From IMG/VR virus record IMGVR_UViG_3300024503_000015, positions 124,001-188,000 of that record: 64,000 nucleotides of DNA; one strand, written 5' to 3'. The position numbers were made by a program, and so were the translations under genes. Of the stretch, positions 12,001 to 19,365 are shown piece after piece (the stretch's first letter is position 1; each line of letters opens with the position of its first letter). Under the pieces are notes generated by a model. The model did not search any database, was not told the origin of the DNA, and was given only the letters and a program-made list of their open reading frames with translations.

Positions 12001-12567
12001 ATCTTGTTACCGTTTAGCCCAATAGTTAATACTATTACCACAAGAAACCCAGCAGAAACTGGTGAGTGGTATAAGGAAACTGCCGAAATTAGTGTGGCAA
12101 ATATTCAAGTAGGAAGAGGTTATAAGATTAAAACCATTGGTACAACAGATTACATGAGTATCGGCGCAAGTTCTAACACAATTGGTACAGAATTTATAGC
12201 AACAGCAGTGGGTTCAGGCACAGGTACAGTATTAGACTATACAAGTATTCCTTTAGAATACTGGGAAGGTTTGGATATTGAAGTGTTTGTAGCAGGCCGC
12301 CGCTTGCGTAAAAATCCAACATCAGTATGGGACGAAAGTTTAGGCCCAGATAGCCCAAGTGGTGACAAACAATTACAAGCAGAATTTGCAGTAAACAAGA
12401 ATGTGGGTGCTTATGTACGTTTAACAGAGCCTCCAACAAATGGCGCAAAAGTTATTGTACAGAAGAAAGTGGGTCAAGCGTGGGTAGCACAAGGTCAGAG
12501 CCTTGTTGATGCACAAACTGACCAAGCAAAATTCGTTCGTGCAAAGACTGCGAATTTGCCTCGATAA
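1..12567 (+). CDS. Giant virion structural protein (baseplate/tail-hub-like), 5'-truncated, >4188 aa
   Basis: Frame +1 is open from base 1 (ITLLEETD...) through the ATG at 85. Contains FG-GAP-like repeats (YFGKVIAV, SFGDSLCF, YFGQKIQV, NFGTSVAI, KFGYRVRF), GxGY repeats (TNPGRGY, DGGSGY, TKGEGY) typical of T4-like baseplate proteins, and an IPT/TIG-like GGQVVTVKGTGF. Lies upstream of tail-fibre genes. Confidence 0.75.
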   Translation: MTLLEETDTTPIDGETVLVTDGDNFKGKMFHYSSGAWVESQDKTAVNVAPLFDVVDVNATSFGDRTTYIGSSFIGSKVFSYQPGDTYDNILTQNISYRNIGNIGDIVFDFNLQKDSFTYQGEVELITRVLDRGYLRINDSLSDYRLVNGWVKSEFQTKQPVIRQINVQADLLNLFPIDVYAKSGMLDDLDVKVFVNNKKRTDYEIYRQNSIAYIQFTADLTVDDVVVIETMSSATKLDNIGYYKFPSNLESNPQNLSLEDLTLGQISNHLKTISENFVKFEGNIPGISNLRDLGNISGYGTQIVQHSGPLAPIMYSFTNKNVNIIKSLRYARDEYSKFKRNLIRTATTYGYDGITRTHLDLVLKEVTKDKTVESPFYLSDMVPFGVNFVYEQEVIDNSFTDYPLTFDFNLDEASSKAVMVYVNDDLLLHGRDYIFVNTSFVRILSAIQTGDILKIYQYDQTAGCCVPPTPTKLGLYPLFEPKIFVDNTYVTPTKVIQGHDGSITVAFSKPDEPNEFRDELLLELETRIYNNIKIRYNPELFNLDTLMTGYFRNADITVDELNSTLRQEFLNWTSLINDDYTKHSFFDRNEPFTYNYKSFADPQGNPLPGFWRGIYKYFYDTDRPHTHPWEMLGFSIKPKWWETTYGPAPYTKDNLLLWNDLAEGLVRAPGQLPTRNSLYARPELLKYVPVNASGELIDPLTVGLVSDFVSVFTEKEFTFGDQTPIETAWRRSSHYAFSLITALTLLRPAKMFALGFDRIRQYRDQTGQIVYKLPTGNLRFNTTNMVFPSTVKDSTRVFTSGLVNYLSDYGISKSFAILDNFKSDLTSLQVKISSKLAGFTTKEKFKLILDSRSPLNEGNVFIPQENYNIILNSSTPVTTINYSGVIIEKTTSGFVIKGYDKSIPEFKYKKALDTVSDPIINVGGISETYIDWNSNKFYSKGQIVKTDQNYFRVTVAHTSTTAFESKYFVKLPYLPIVGGRQIVIRRNFEKSVSTLHYGAELRTVQEVVDFLLGYGKYLTDAGFTFEYFNPNLKTVTDWQTSAKEFAFWTTQNWAEGSIITVSPAAEELIYRQDYAVVDSIYDPFYEYSLFKQDGVELEPSFTNSIRENNSFSLRPKNTADGLYHATLNLVQKEHVLILDDTTIFNDIIYDQVQGYRQERIKVVGYKISDWTGDFSIPGFVYDRAVVSEWTAWKDYALGETVKYKEFYYSARTNVPGTELFDDNNWYRLDGRPQSKLIPNWDYRATQFEDFYDLDTDSFDVDQQKFAQHLIGYQKRQYLENIINDDVSQYKFYQGMIQEKGTQNSLSKLFDALNYANTDSLEFFEEWAIRLGQYGASGGYEEVEYILNEEKFLINPQPIELVNAVPFGVNDFVYRITQDQVYLKPDDYTHEPFPVLASQKEYIRTAGYVNYEDVDYIISSKDEFANYNIKNLVEGTYFWLGFDNSSWNVYRFTNFAKSVKSVSEGTNLRITLNTKLPVDIEVGSYIGINNTNASLEGIKQVLDTGLNWFEITMPANLDTAAIAEINLFLNINLFKFTPQRLSSINDLNSLPVSAKKNNEIVWTDGVNNAWSVWKFAKTYTSTKITSEENYFGKVIAVDNTETVLAATSTNAVLFYSRPTSTFGWAFQDSIFPLSTETFTDTNGSFGDSLCFNADGSYLFVGAPRYGITSEPGALPTDPPIITEVDIGYVAQYTKNIYGSYEFTRVIQSATPTQFQYFGQKIQVNGNVLYIVSKGNGSSVPAAVSAYNLTTNTFLATLTLPTGISITDIDISSSNIVAISKNDESVLVVRLAGTAFTTVQEINVSDFTSLEVLETGSNFGTSVAITKDSTFVAVGVPGYSGVASNQGAVALFKLNASTYVADDFITSPLNQDSEKFGYRVRFNLDNDRLVIYSYGGSQTIETIIDSGETTFDLNVTTFIEEQEFTGSVRVYEKYDAKFLIGDELEPTAVSGINYGDAFVVARKIYINDQTSINGSFHEFSGSTKSWTKFREPEPSVNLSKIKSLFLYNTRTNSVVANLDFIDPITGKILGIAEQELTFKTYYDPAIYTVGVESVVVDLLMGWTTPHVGKLWWDLSTIKFANPLQGSIVYKANTWNNVYNDSTVDIYEWVESEYTPSEWDSLADTETGLALGISGTSKYGDLAYSIKQKYDTISKTFTNTYYFWVKNKTTVPDVTFRKTSASDVANLISNPKGQGIQYATLLGKNQFALVNCKGLITGKDVALNVRYWTVNNTENNIHAHYQLLAEGNTNKKLNKYVEQKWFDSLIGYDINGAEVPDPRLPAKLKYGILNKPRQGMFVNRLEALKQFIERVNSVLIQRAIIDDFDFTALNSKEEPPTELSGKYDIAIDSQSQIRFVGSTGFIQATAVPVVEAGKIVRVVVTNPGRGYKIAPEIIVNGAGTGVKLTAKINTIGEVTGVTVDNFGRDYLDSTTLYIRPFTILVNNDETAANKWSLYIWDSVKGDWFRSKTQIYDVTKHWDYADWYADGYSAFTKVDHLVDFSYEMSFIDIAVGDLVKIKNEKSGGWILLERINTLVTDNISLNYTTVGRQNGTIQFNSNLYKFTNSNIGFDSFTYDGDVYDDEPKEELRIILDVIKNNLLIDDLEVEYNKLFFASLRYVFSEQTFVDWAFKTSFVKSQHNLGELKQKVNYKNDNLASYEEYINEVKPYRTKVREFISNYTATDNTYTGTTDFDLPARYDTEEGKILPFDVKVNNSVITYNSSAILNAPYSDWLDHAGYRVTEIVVVDGGSGYQAAPAVEVVGVCKTKATAKAYISQGSVTKIAVETKGEGYLTTPTIVISGSVGASGVTAKATAILGEGVTRTNTIGVKFDRIIPEYQVSSITMSQTFDGTGSRTLFQLNWPIDIRTNKTAVTVSNEELLSSDFTVYNKKDTSLGYTRYIGILELSTAAEVGSSNITVTYTKDIRLLTAADRIQYYYSPITGQIGKDLGQLMSGVDYGGVEITGLGFEISSGWDGLPWFTAGWDDFDEDYTDFLVVSDGTTRSYNLPYIPADGEQINVYINGVRIDDINYDVYTSAETAYNTAAALLEVYTAEEIALQADKDAKEITVNSLTQELIDTQAVIADLQAQLEITSPSDPLYFALQTTLAENQAQETQLISDLTIAQGELDDAEALLTAKQVQVANKTLDVAAKLATLNATDEITNPDAQMQTFVGDGSTDTPIVIPAYVDVNSGDTIIFRKSTSDGSFRPNQQYLDSEISGGDFTYTTARGIRAEDINLDGDNFVTPTNSHAPEEVVTGQVVDSVAITVYHTVEDGTPIIVTRHYITTEPENEFLIGQRPNSTQAAVVKLNGLIKKQDVDYTLNYAMQKVVFPTNLPVGSEVVITSMSKNGTSILDSDSFTGDGVSVDFVTVARWDGDYSALVTVNGVPATVTTFVTDNTYSEVGNIGIRFATAPVNTAIIDYTIIGTALNTVSRVSTETVVYDGTSQVYSLTNTPANLRPFDNNVLVEYAGRILRPADTVYFDVVGTVRTYTVSTVDYAINTIDANKVRVFLNGTELAISRQFTWKSSSNQLTIKRGVAKVGDKIALVILENAEYYIDEDSTGAQLRLVDSYSVNDKFAVTTFTNHDILDIERNSDYITSASIVTVGTTDYYRLNQLLAGRIQLRNPALGAQYIWLALNGELLTPEIDYILEDNLTYIQIDRNRVLTSTDVIDLIVFSSDVTTGRPFGYRIFKDMLNRTIYKRLDSEASAVLAQPLNYYDTTIVLEDASGLVEPLRSQNQAGIVLIDKERIEYLEKDGNTLKYLRRGTLGTGVPEVHPVGTAVLDASTNQTVPYKDETETVVLVAGGYSQASEIYENSFGINVTSVKYNFNNTTAFPLGGQVVTVKGTGFKENVEVVIGDPTLKTTFVATEVNSANEIIVSNIDRLFVGKEVVFSGAVFGGIDSSISYYILTYGQDVVTEEYYITVSETVNGSPVSLSVSTGEMTGSHMRAKCNTTYVSSTELTFISQAEVVGAYDLVIVNPSFSVGPVTVAQTSYVAPAAIKYVQILLPFSPIVNTITTRNPAETGEWYKETAEISVANIQVGRGYKIKTIGTTDYMSIGASSNTIGTEFIATAVGSGTGTVLDYTSIPLEYWEGLDIEVFVAGRRLRKNPTSVWDESLGPDSPSGDKQLQAEFAVNKNVGAYVRLTEPPTNGAKVIVQKKVGQAWVAQGQSLVDAQTDQAKFVRAKTANLPR

Positions 12568-12570
12568 ATA
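12563..12570 (+). promoter_or_regulatory. T4-late-like promoter GATAAATA
   Basis: Resembles the T4 late consensus TATAAATA; 21 nt before the ATG at 12592; overlaps the CGA-TAA stop of the giant gene; recurs before other structural genes. Confidence 0.6.
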
Positions 12571-12591
12571 TAGAATACAGGTGATTTTAAC

Positions 12592-13206
12592 ATGACAACA
12601 AAACCAAACGAAAATTCAGGAATCCGAGTACAAGGACATATAAAAATATTTGATCCAACTACTAAGGAAGTCTTTATTGATAAGAAAAACGCTATTCACT
12701 ACGAAAATATGAGTATAGCCCTGGCAGAAAGTCTTGCAAACGCAGGCAAAGGGTTTATATATGAGATGGTGTTTGGCAATGGCGGCACTTCGGTGGACCC
12801 AACAGGAGTTATTACATACCTTACTCCTAACAGCACAGGGTCTAATGCCAGTTTATACAACGAAACATACACTAAAGTAGTTGATGATAGAAGCACAAAT
12901 AATTTAGATCCAACTAGAAATAAGATAGAAACACGTCATGTTACTGGTACAAACTACACAGACATCTTAATCACTTGTTTATTAGACTACGGCGAGCCTA
13001 GCAATCAAGACGCATTTGACAACGCCACGTACACAGACGGCGAATATGTGTTTGATGAACTAGGTTTAAGAGGTTACGATCCTGCTGGAACAGGTCGTTT
13101 ACTAACACACGTTATCTTCCACCCTGTACAAAAGAGTTTAAACCGTTTAATTCAAATAGACTACACAGTTAGAGTACAGAGCTTAACCGGTTTTAATGAG
13201 GCTTAA
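12592..13206 (+). CDS. Conserved structural/baseplate-associated protein, 204 aa
   Basis: Clean ORF between the giant structural gene and the tail fibres, under a late-like promoter. Confidence 0.5.
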   Translation: MTTKPNENSGIRVQGHIKIFDPTTKEVFIDKKNAIHYENMSIALAESLANAGKGFIYEMVFGNGGTSVDPTGVITYLTPNSTGSNASLYNETYTKVVDDRSTNNLDPTRNKIETRHVTGTNYTDILITCLLDYGEPSNQDAFDNATYTDGEYVFDELGLRGYDPAGTGRLLTHVIFHPVQKSLNRLIQIDYTVRVQSLTGFNEA

Positions 13207-13208
13207 TT

Positions 13209-15521
13209 ATGTCATACCAAGTTAGATATACAGATTCAACAAATTTAGACAAACCAGCATTAACGGTAGAAGATAATACCATTAATGATTCAACATCGTT
13301 ACAATTTCCAGGTCGTAATGTTACTGGTTATGGCACAATTATTGCAGAAAACTTTTTACACTTATTAGAAAATTTTGCTAACGACAGCGCACCAACAAAT
13401 CCAATAGAAGGACAATTATGGTACGATAATACTGCTGGTGTTAACCAACTAAAAGTGTGGGACGGTACTAGTTGGTCTAGTGCTGGCGGTTTAAAGAAAG
13501 GCAACGTTGAGCCAGAATTGGCAACTAGTTTACCAGGAGACCTATGGGTAAACACCGATACACAACAATTATACCTATACACAGGTTCAGGTTGGATCTT
13601 AGTTGGTCCAAGATTTAGTGAAGGTGCTCGTACTGGTGCTGAACCAGAGTTTATCGAAGACACATTAAGCAACGCTCAGCCAGTGGTTTCTAACTATATT
13701 AATGGTGAGCGTGTTTGTATTATTAGTAAAACAGCGTTTACACCAAAAACTTTAATCACAGGCTTTCAAACAATCAAAGCAGGTGTTAATTTAAACTCTA
13801 ACTACAATACATATTGGGGTACTGCTGAAAAGGCAGCGGCGCTGTTAGTAGGTACCACTACAGTTTCTGCATCAAACTTCCTAAGAGGCGATGCAACTAG
13901 TAATACAACATTTCCAATCAACGTTAGAAATGCAGGCGGTATTGCAATCGGTGAAGATACTCAGTTAAATTTAGGTATTGACGGTGCCGCAGGTGTAATT
14001 TTTCACAAAACATCTGGTAGTAACTTAGATATTCGTATGAACAACAACGGTGCTATCCGTACAGTTGTTCGTGTTGACAGTTCAGAGCGTGTTGGTATTA
14101 ATAATATTAACCCACAGACTGACTTAGATGTAGGCGGAGACTTTAACGCATCCGGTAACATTACCGCAGACGGTAGTGCTACATTTGGCGGCGGACTTAC
14201 AGTAACAGGCGCATTAGATATTGCAGGTGATGTATCGTTTGGTACAGACAATACAAATACAGTAACAGTATCTGGTGTTATTTTACCAGACGTAAACTTA
14301 GGTGCAGATATTGGTACTGTAGATAAAAAGTTTCAAAGAATTTGGAGTTCACGCTTTGACGGTGAATTTTATGGAAACGTGTTTGGTTCGTTAACTGGTA
14401 ATGCCAGCGGATCGTCTACTAAACTAGCATCTCCAACAATCTTTGACTTAGACGGTGACATTACATCTAACGAAGTTGAATTTGATGGACAAACAGGTAC
14501 TCCGACACTTAATACTCTAACAGCATCAGGTACAGGCACAGAAGCAACATTGACATTTGTGGCACAGACAGTTGCTCCGTATCCAACAGGATCTACTATT
14601 GTAGTATCTGGTGTTGCTCCAACAGGATATCGCGGAACTTACACAGTTACAGACGGTGGACTAGACTATGTTAAGTATGCTAGTACACAAACTGGCCCAC
14701 AAACATCGGCAGGTGCTGTTTCAAGATTTGGGTTATCAGGAAATAGAAAACGTTTTTACACACAATTAAGCGAAACCTTTATTGCAGATAAACCAGAAGT
14801 TACAAGTATTCAAGAAGGTGATGAATTTGTTGTACAGCGTGGAGCAGAAGGTCTTAAAAAGATTACAAAACAAAGTCTGTGGACAGCAATACCTGTAACA
14901 CCTTGCGGAGTAGTGCTACCATTTGCTGGTTTAGTTGCACCTACAGGATGGCTATTCTGCGACGGTTCAGAAGTATTAATATCGAGCTACCCAGAATTGT
15001 TTGATATCATAGGATATCAGTTCGGCGACATTACTACATTATTAGGACTTGGTACTTTCAAACTTCCAGATATGCGAGGCAGAATGGCTCTTGCTATGGA
15101 TAGTATGAATAATGGTATTACAGTTCCAAGCAAATTAGATCCAACACAGCAAATTAGCACAGGCGGCGGCGCCGCAAATAGAGTAACAGATGCAACTGCT
15201 GATATTGTTGGCCAAGGCGGCGGCGTTGAGAAGAAGTTAATTGACACTTCTGAAATACCAGATCACGTACACGATTTAATCGGCGACGATGAAAACAAAT
15301 ACTATGCGTTTAGAAACGTTCCAGGAGATCCAACTGATACTAATGCTATTAGCGGAGAAGGTTCTACTACTACAGCCCGAGGACAATACATGTCAGACTC
15401 TGGTGGCATTTTAGGATATCCAAAAACTGCTGGCGGCGAATCTATACAATCACAATTCAATGTTATGAATCCATACTTAACATTGAACTACATTATTAAT
15501 ACTGGACGAAACGTACTATGA
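13209..15521 (+). CDS. Tail fibre protein with C-terminal tail-collar domain
   Basis: PCGVVLPFAGLVAPTGWLFCDGSEV...YPELFDIIG...FKLPDMRGR is the phage tail-collar signature; ends NPYLTLNYII; N-terminus shared with the next two genes. Confidence 0.85.
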   Translation: MSYQVRYTDSTNLDKPALTVEDNTINDSTSLQFPGRNVTGYGTIIAENFLHLLENFANDSAPTNPIEGQLWYDNTAGVNQLKVWDGTSWSSAGGLKKGNVEPELATSLPGDLWVNTDTQQLYLYTGSGWILVGPRFSEGARTGAEPEFIEDTLSNAQPVVSNYINGERVCIISKTAFTPKTLITGFQTIKAGVNLNSNYNTYWGTAEKAAALLVGTTTVSASNFLRGDATSNTTFPINVRNAGGIAIGEDTQLNLGIDGAAGVIFHKTSGSNLDIRMNNNGAIRTVVRVDSSERVGINNINPQTDLDVGGDFNASGNITADGSATFGGGLTVTGALDIAGDVSFGTDNTNTVTVSGVILPDVNLGADIGTVDKKFQRIWSSRFDGEFYGNVFGSLTGNASGSSTKLASPTIFDLDGDITSNEVEFDGQTGTPTLNTLTASGTGTEATLTFVAQTVAPYPTGSTIVVSGVAPTGYRGTYTVTDGGLDYVKYASTQTGPQTSAGAVSRFGLSGNRKRFYTQLSETFIADKPEVTSIQEGDEFVVQRGAEGLKKITKQSLWTAIPVTPCGVVLPFAGLVAPTGWLFCDGSEVLISSYPELFDIIGYQFGDITTLLGLGTFKLPDMRGRMALAMDSMNNGITVPSKLDPTQQISTGGGAANRVTDATADIVGQGGGVEKKLIDTSEIPDHVHDLIGDDENKYYAFRNVPGDPTDTNAISGEGSTTTARGQYMSDSGGILGYPKTAGGESIQSQFNVMNPYLTLNYIINTGRNVL

Positions 15522-17365
15522 CATATAGAATTAACAAAACTGACGGCAATCAATTAACAGATATCCCAGACGGTACGTTTGATACCAGCACAACATCACT
15601 AACGTTAATTGGTAAAAACGTTACAGCATTTGGAGAAGCATACAATGAGAACTTGGTAAAGTTGCTAGAAAACTTTGCTAGTTCTAGCGCACCAGAATCG
15701 GCATTAAAAGGGCAGTTGTGGTACGATACTGGTAGTGGAAGATTAAATGTATATGACGGCAGCGACTTTAGAGCAGCCGGTGGTCCTATTGTTAGTAACA
15801 GAGAACCAACTAATTTAGTTGCAGGAGATTTGTGGATCAACAATGAAACTAATCAGTTATGGTTTTATGATGGCACTGACTTAACACTTGCTGGTCCTAT
15901 ATACAACAATATTCAAGGTACTACAGGATTTGTAGTAGAAACAGTACTGGACAACTTTAATAGAGGCCATACAGTTGCAAAATTATATGTGGCCAGCACT
16001 TTACTAGGGTTGTTTAGTAAAGATGCATTTACACCTGCACAGCCAATTGTTGGATATGCAGAAGGAATCAAAGATATTCAAGTTGGATTTAATGCTGGTT
16101 CGTTAACAGACATGAAATTTGATGCTATTGTGACTCGTGCTGAAAATATTTTAACAGCAGTAGGTGATTTAAAATCAGCAGAACAAATTGTCTATAACGA
16201 CGAAGATCAGGTTATTGTTGGTAGTTTAACACTACAATCAGATGCAGGGTTAATCATAGGTTCTTCAGAAGACGTTGATTTAAAAGTTGATGGCGGAAAA
16301 TTTACCATTGAGCACAAACTTACAGGACAAGATATTGGTATTAAAATTAAATCACCAACAGGTACTATTGAAGCCATTACTATAGATTCAGTGAATTCAA
16401 GAGTTGGTATTTTCCAAGAAATTCCAACATCGACTATGGACATCAACGGCAATTTAAAAGTTGCAGGGGACTTATTTGTTGGAGGAGATACTGTAACATT
16501 AAACACTACAGTACTTGAAGTTGAAGATAAAAACATAGTTTTAGGTAAAACACTTAGCACACCTACAGATTCGTCAGCCGATGGCGGTGGTATTATATTA
16601 CAAGGAACTACTGATAAAAGTATCTTGTATGATTTAGCAACTGTAAGTTGGAGTTCTAATCTTAATTGGAATTTAACAACAGGAAACTCTTATAGAGTTA
16701 ACAATGTTTCTGTACTGTCTAACAATACCCTGGGCGCAGGTGTGTTATATTCTAGTTTACAAACATTAGGAGCACTACAAACTCTTAACGTTGATGATGC
16801 TACCTATATCAATAATACAACTATTAGTACCTCTGCAAATAATTTAATTTTAAATCCTGCAGATAACGTTGCAATTAGCAGTAAAAGAATTGTTGACCTA
16901 GCAGATCCTGTAGATGAACAGGATGCGGCTACTAAAAATTATACAGATGCTCGTGTGTTTGACCGCGGTCTTTCTATGAGCATGGACGTAACTGGATTAT
17001 CAAACAACCAAATTGCTACAATTTTAGATACTATTGCTCCGTATTATGATCCAATAACAGCGCCAGAAGGTGTAGCCAAAGACGGTACTAGACTTCGTTT
17101 ACATGCAACTACACTATCAGCGTCTTCAGGAAATATTACATACAGTCCTACAGTGGGCGTAGAGTTCCAGACTATTTTAGTTGATAAAGCAGGCGGTTCA
17201 GAAAATCAAGCAGTTGTAAGCGACCTAGCAGTAGGACAAACTATTACTGGTCCTAGCGTGTCAATTAGCGTAGTTAGACAGGATAAATTATTTGTTATGG
17301 GCGGTGGTTTAACACCTACTCCAGGACAATGGGGATTTGAGAGCGATATCAATGCACCTTATTAA
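15518..17365 (+). CDS. Tail fibre/baseplate-attached fibre paralog, 615 aa
   Basis: Shared N-terminal module (LLENFA...GQLWYD...GDLW); fibre repeat ADPVDEQDAATKNY. Confidence 0.7.
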   Translation: MTYRINKTDGNQLTDIPDGTFDTSTTSLTLIGKNVTAFGEAYNENLVKLLENFASSSAPESALKGQLWYDTGSGRLNVYDGSDFRAAGGPIVSNREPTNLVAGDLWINNETNQLWFYDGTDLTLAGPIYNNIQGTTGFVVETVLDNFNRGHTVAKLYVASTLLGLFSKDAFTPAQPIVGYAEGIKDIQVGFNAGSLTDMKFDAIVTRAENILTAVGDLKSAEQIVYNDEDQVIVGSLTLQSDAGLIIGSSEDVDLKVDGGKFTIEHKLTGQDIGIKIKSPTGTIEAITIDSVNSRVGIFQEIPTSTMDINGNLKVAGDLFVGGDTVTLNTTVLEVEDKNIVLGKTLSTPTDSSADGGGIILQGTTDKSILYDLATVSWSSNLNWNLTTGNSYRVNNVSVLSNNTLGAGVLYSSLQTLGALQTLNVDDATYINNTTISTSANNLILNPADNVAISSKRIVDLADPVDEQDAATKNYTDARVFDRGLSMSMDVTGLSNNQIATILDTIAPYYDPITAPEGVAKDGTRLRLHATTLSASSGNITYSPTVGVEFQTILVDKAGGSENQAVVSDLAVGQTITGPSVSISVVRQDKLFVMGGGLTPTPGQWGFESDINAPY

Positions 17366-17391
17366 GCACAGACTTCAAATAAGCAGGCAGC

Positions 17392-17399
17392 GATAAATA
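17392..17399 (+). promoter_or_regulatory. Late-like promoter GATAAATA
   Basis: Intergenic, 22 nt before the ATG at 17422. Confidence 0.6.
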
Positions 17400-17421
17400 A
17401 CATATATTAGGGGTTATAAGA

Positions 17422-19365
17422 ATGGCGTACACAATAAACCGATGGGACGGAACAGCGATTGCAGTAATCGAAGACGGTACCGTCAATCAAAGTTTAGACA
17501 TTAAGTTAATCGGTAAAAATTATGCCGGCTACGGTGAAATTCAGAACGAAAACACAGTATTCATGTTGGAGAATTTCGCAAGCGGAACAAGTCCAGCAAA
17601 CGCAGTACGTGGACAGTTATGGTACGATAGCGGTAATAAAAAGTTAAAGATTTATACAGGCGATATAGTCGGTGCTGTAAAGCAATGGAAGCAAATTGGC
17701 GGAGCAGAATACGGCAGCACAGAACCAAGTTATCCTAACAACGGTGATTTTTGGTTTGATGTAAATCGAGATCAACTTAAAGTAAGAAACGGAGATAGTT
17801 GGCTAGCAATCGGACCTCAAAGTGCTGGTGCTGGCGTAACGCAAATGGTTTCTAAGCAAGTTCGTGGATTCCCTGTAGGCAGTACAACTCCTCAAACTTA
17901 TTCTATCATTATTGCTAATATTAATGATATTCCTGTTTATATTACTTCTAGAGAAGAATTTACACTAGATACTAGCGACCCTGATTCTATTATTGTTGGT
18001 TTTAATCTAATTAAGAAAGGTTTAACACTACAAGAAGTAGACGATACAACCGGTGTCAGCGGAACTCCAACATACTTATATTGGGGTACATCTAGTAACG
18101 CATTACGACTAGGCGGATTCCTAGCATCAGATTATGTACGTTCAGGTAGTTCAAACTTTACAGCCACAGTTCGTTTTAGCGATTTAGGCTATACCGTAGG
18201 CGACAGTAACGACCTGGCAGTATTCATTGAAACAGGTACAGAGCCAGTAATTCAAAATACTACAGGTCCCAGAGTTTATTTTAGAGTTAGAGACGGTTCA
18301 GATGTTAAGAACCCATTAACAATTAATGCAACTAAACTTGAACCAGGTGTTGATAACACATTTAGTATCGGTACTAGTCTTAAAAAATGGAAAGAAGTTT
18401 ATGCTACAAACTTCTACGGTATTGCAGATAATGCAAATGCACTTCAAGTAGAAGCAGGAGTTTATCGTGTAGCCAGCACAAGTGCAGGTGTTAATACTAT
18501 TGCCGCTCGCGACAGCAGTGGTAATTTAACAGCAAATACATTTAATGGTAACGCTACTAGTGCTACTAAATTAGCAACTATTAGAACTATTAACGGTGTA
18601 AACTTTGATGGTACTACAAATATTATTATCGAAGACGATACAAAAGTTAGAATAGACGGTAGTACAATGACTGGCTATTTGACTTTAAATGGCGATCCAA
18701 CATCATTAAATCATGCCGCTACAAAAAACTATGTTGATGCACAGTTTGGTGTAGGCGGTGTATTAAGTATTGCAAGAGGTGGTTCTGGTGCAAGCACAGC
18801 CGCTAATGCTAGATCTAACTTAGACGTTCCAACACGCACAGGTGGAGACGCCAGTGGTACATGGAACATTAACATTTCTGGATCAGCCGCACAATTAAAC
18901 GGATATGCAAGTTCAACATCTGCGACAGGCGATACTATTGCTAGACGAGATAGTAGTGGTAATTTAACTGCTAACGTGTTTAGCGGTACTGCTACTTCAG
19001 CACGTTACGCTGACTTGGCAGAAAAGTATATTCCAGATAACAATTACGAAGTTGGAACAGTTGTAATGGTAGGCGGCGAAAAAGAAGTCACTGCGTGTAC
19101 ATTTGGCTCACGTGCAATCGGCGCAATATCTGGTAACCCTGCTTATATGATGAACAGCGGCTTAGAAGGCGGCGTATATGTTGCACTAAAAGGTCGTGTT
19201 CCAGTTAAAGTAACTGGCCGTGTTAAGAAAGGTGATCGCATGATTGCTAGTGAAGGCGGTGTTGCTATAGCAGGTCAATTCCACTCAAACGCAGATGTAT
19301 TTGCCATTGCGTTAGAATCAAACGATAATATAGATATTAAAATAGTGGAGTGTTTAATTCTTTAA
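17422..19365 (+). CDS. Tail fibre protein, 647 aa
   Basis: Shared N-terminal module; internal repeat TIAxRDSSGNLTANxFxGxATSA present twice; DPTSLNHAATKNYVD repeat; C-terminal ARYADLAEKY...GTVV..GGEKEVT domain typical of fibre tips/chaperones. Confidence 0.75.
   Translation: MAYTINRWDGTAIAVIEDGTVNQSLDIKLIGKNYAGYGEIQNENTVFMLENFASGTSPANAVRGQLWYDSGNKKLKIYTGDIVGAVKQWKQIGGAEYGSTEPSYPNNGDFWFDVNRDQLKVRNGDSWLAIGPQSAGAGVTQMVSKQVRGFPVGSTTPQTYSIIIANINDIPVYITSREEFTLDTSDPDSIIVGFNLIKKGLTLQEVDDTTGVSGTPTYLYWGTSSNALRLGGFLASDYVRSGSSNFTATVRFSDLGYTVGDSNDLAVFIETGTEPVIQNTTGPRVYFRVRDGSDVKNPLTINATKLEPGVDNTFSIGTSLKKWKEVYATNFYGIADNANALQVEAGVYRVASTSAGVNTIAARDSSGNLTANTFNGNATSATKLATIRTINGVNFDGTTNIIIEDDTKVRIDGSTMTGYLTLNGDPTSLNHAATKNYVDAQFGVGGVLSIARGGSGASTAANARSNLDVPTRTGGDASGTWNINISGSAAQLNGYASSTSATGDTIARRDSSGNLTANVFSGTATSARYADLAEKYIPDNNYEVGTVVMVGGEKEVTACTFGSRAIGAISGNPAYMMNSGLEGGVYVALKGRVPVKVTGRVKKGDRMIASEGGVAIAGQFHSNADVFAIALESNDNIDIKIVECLIL

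Noticed and set aside
13209-19365. Diversity-generating retroelement acting on tail fibres
   Set aside because: No reverse transcriptase and no near-identical template/variable repeat pair seen; internal repeats diverge at synonymous positions, not specifically at adenines.
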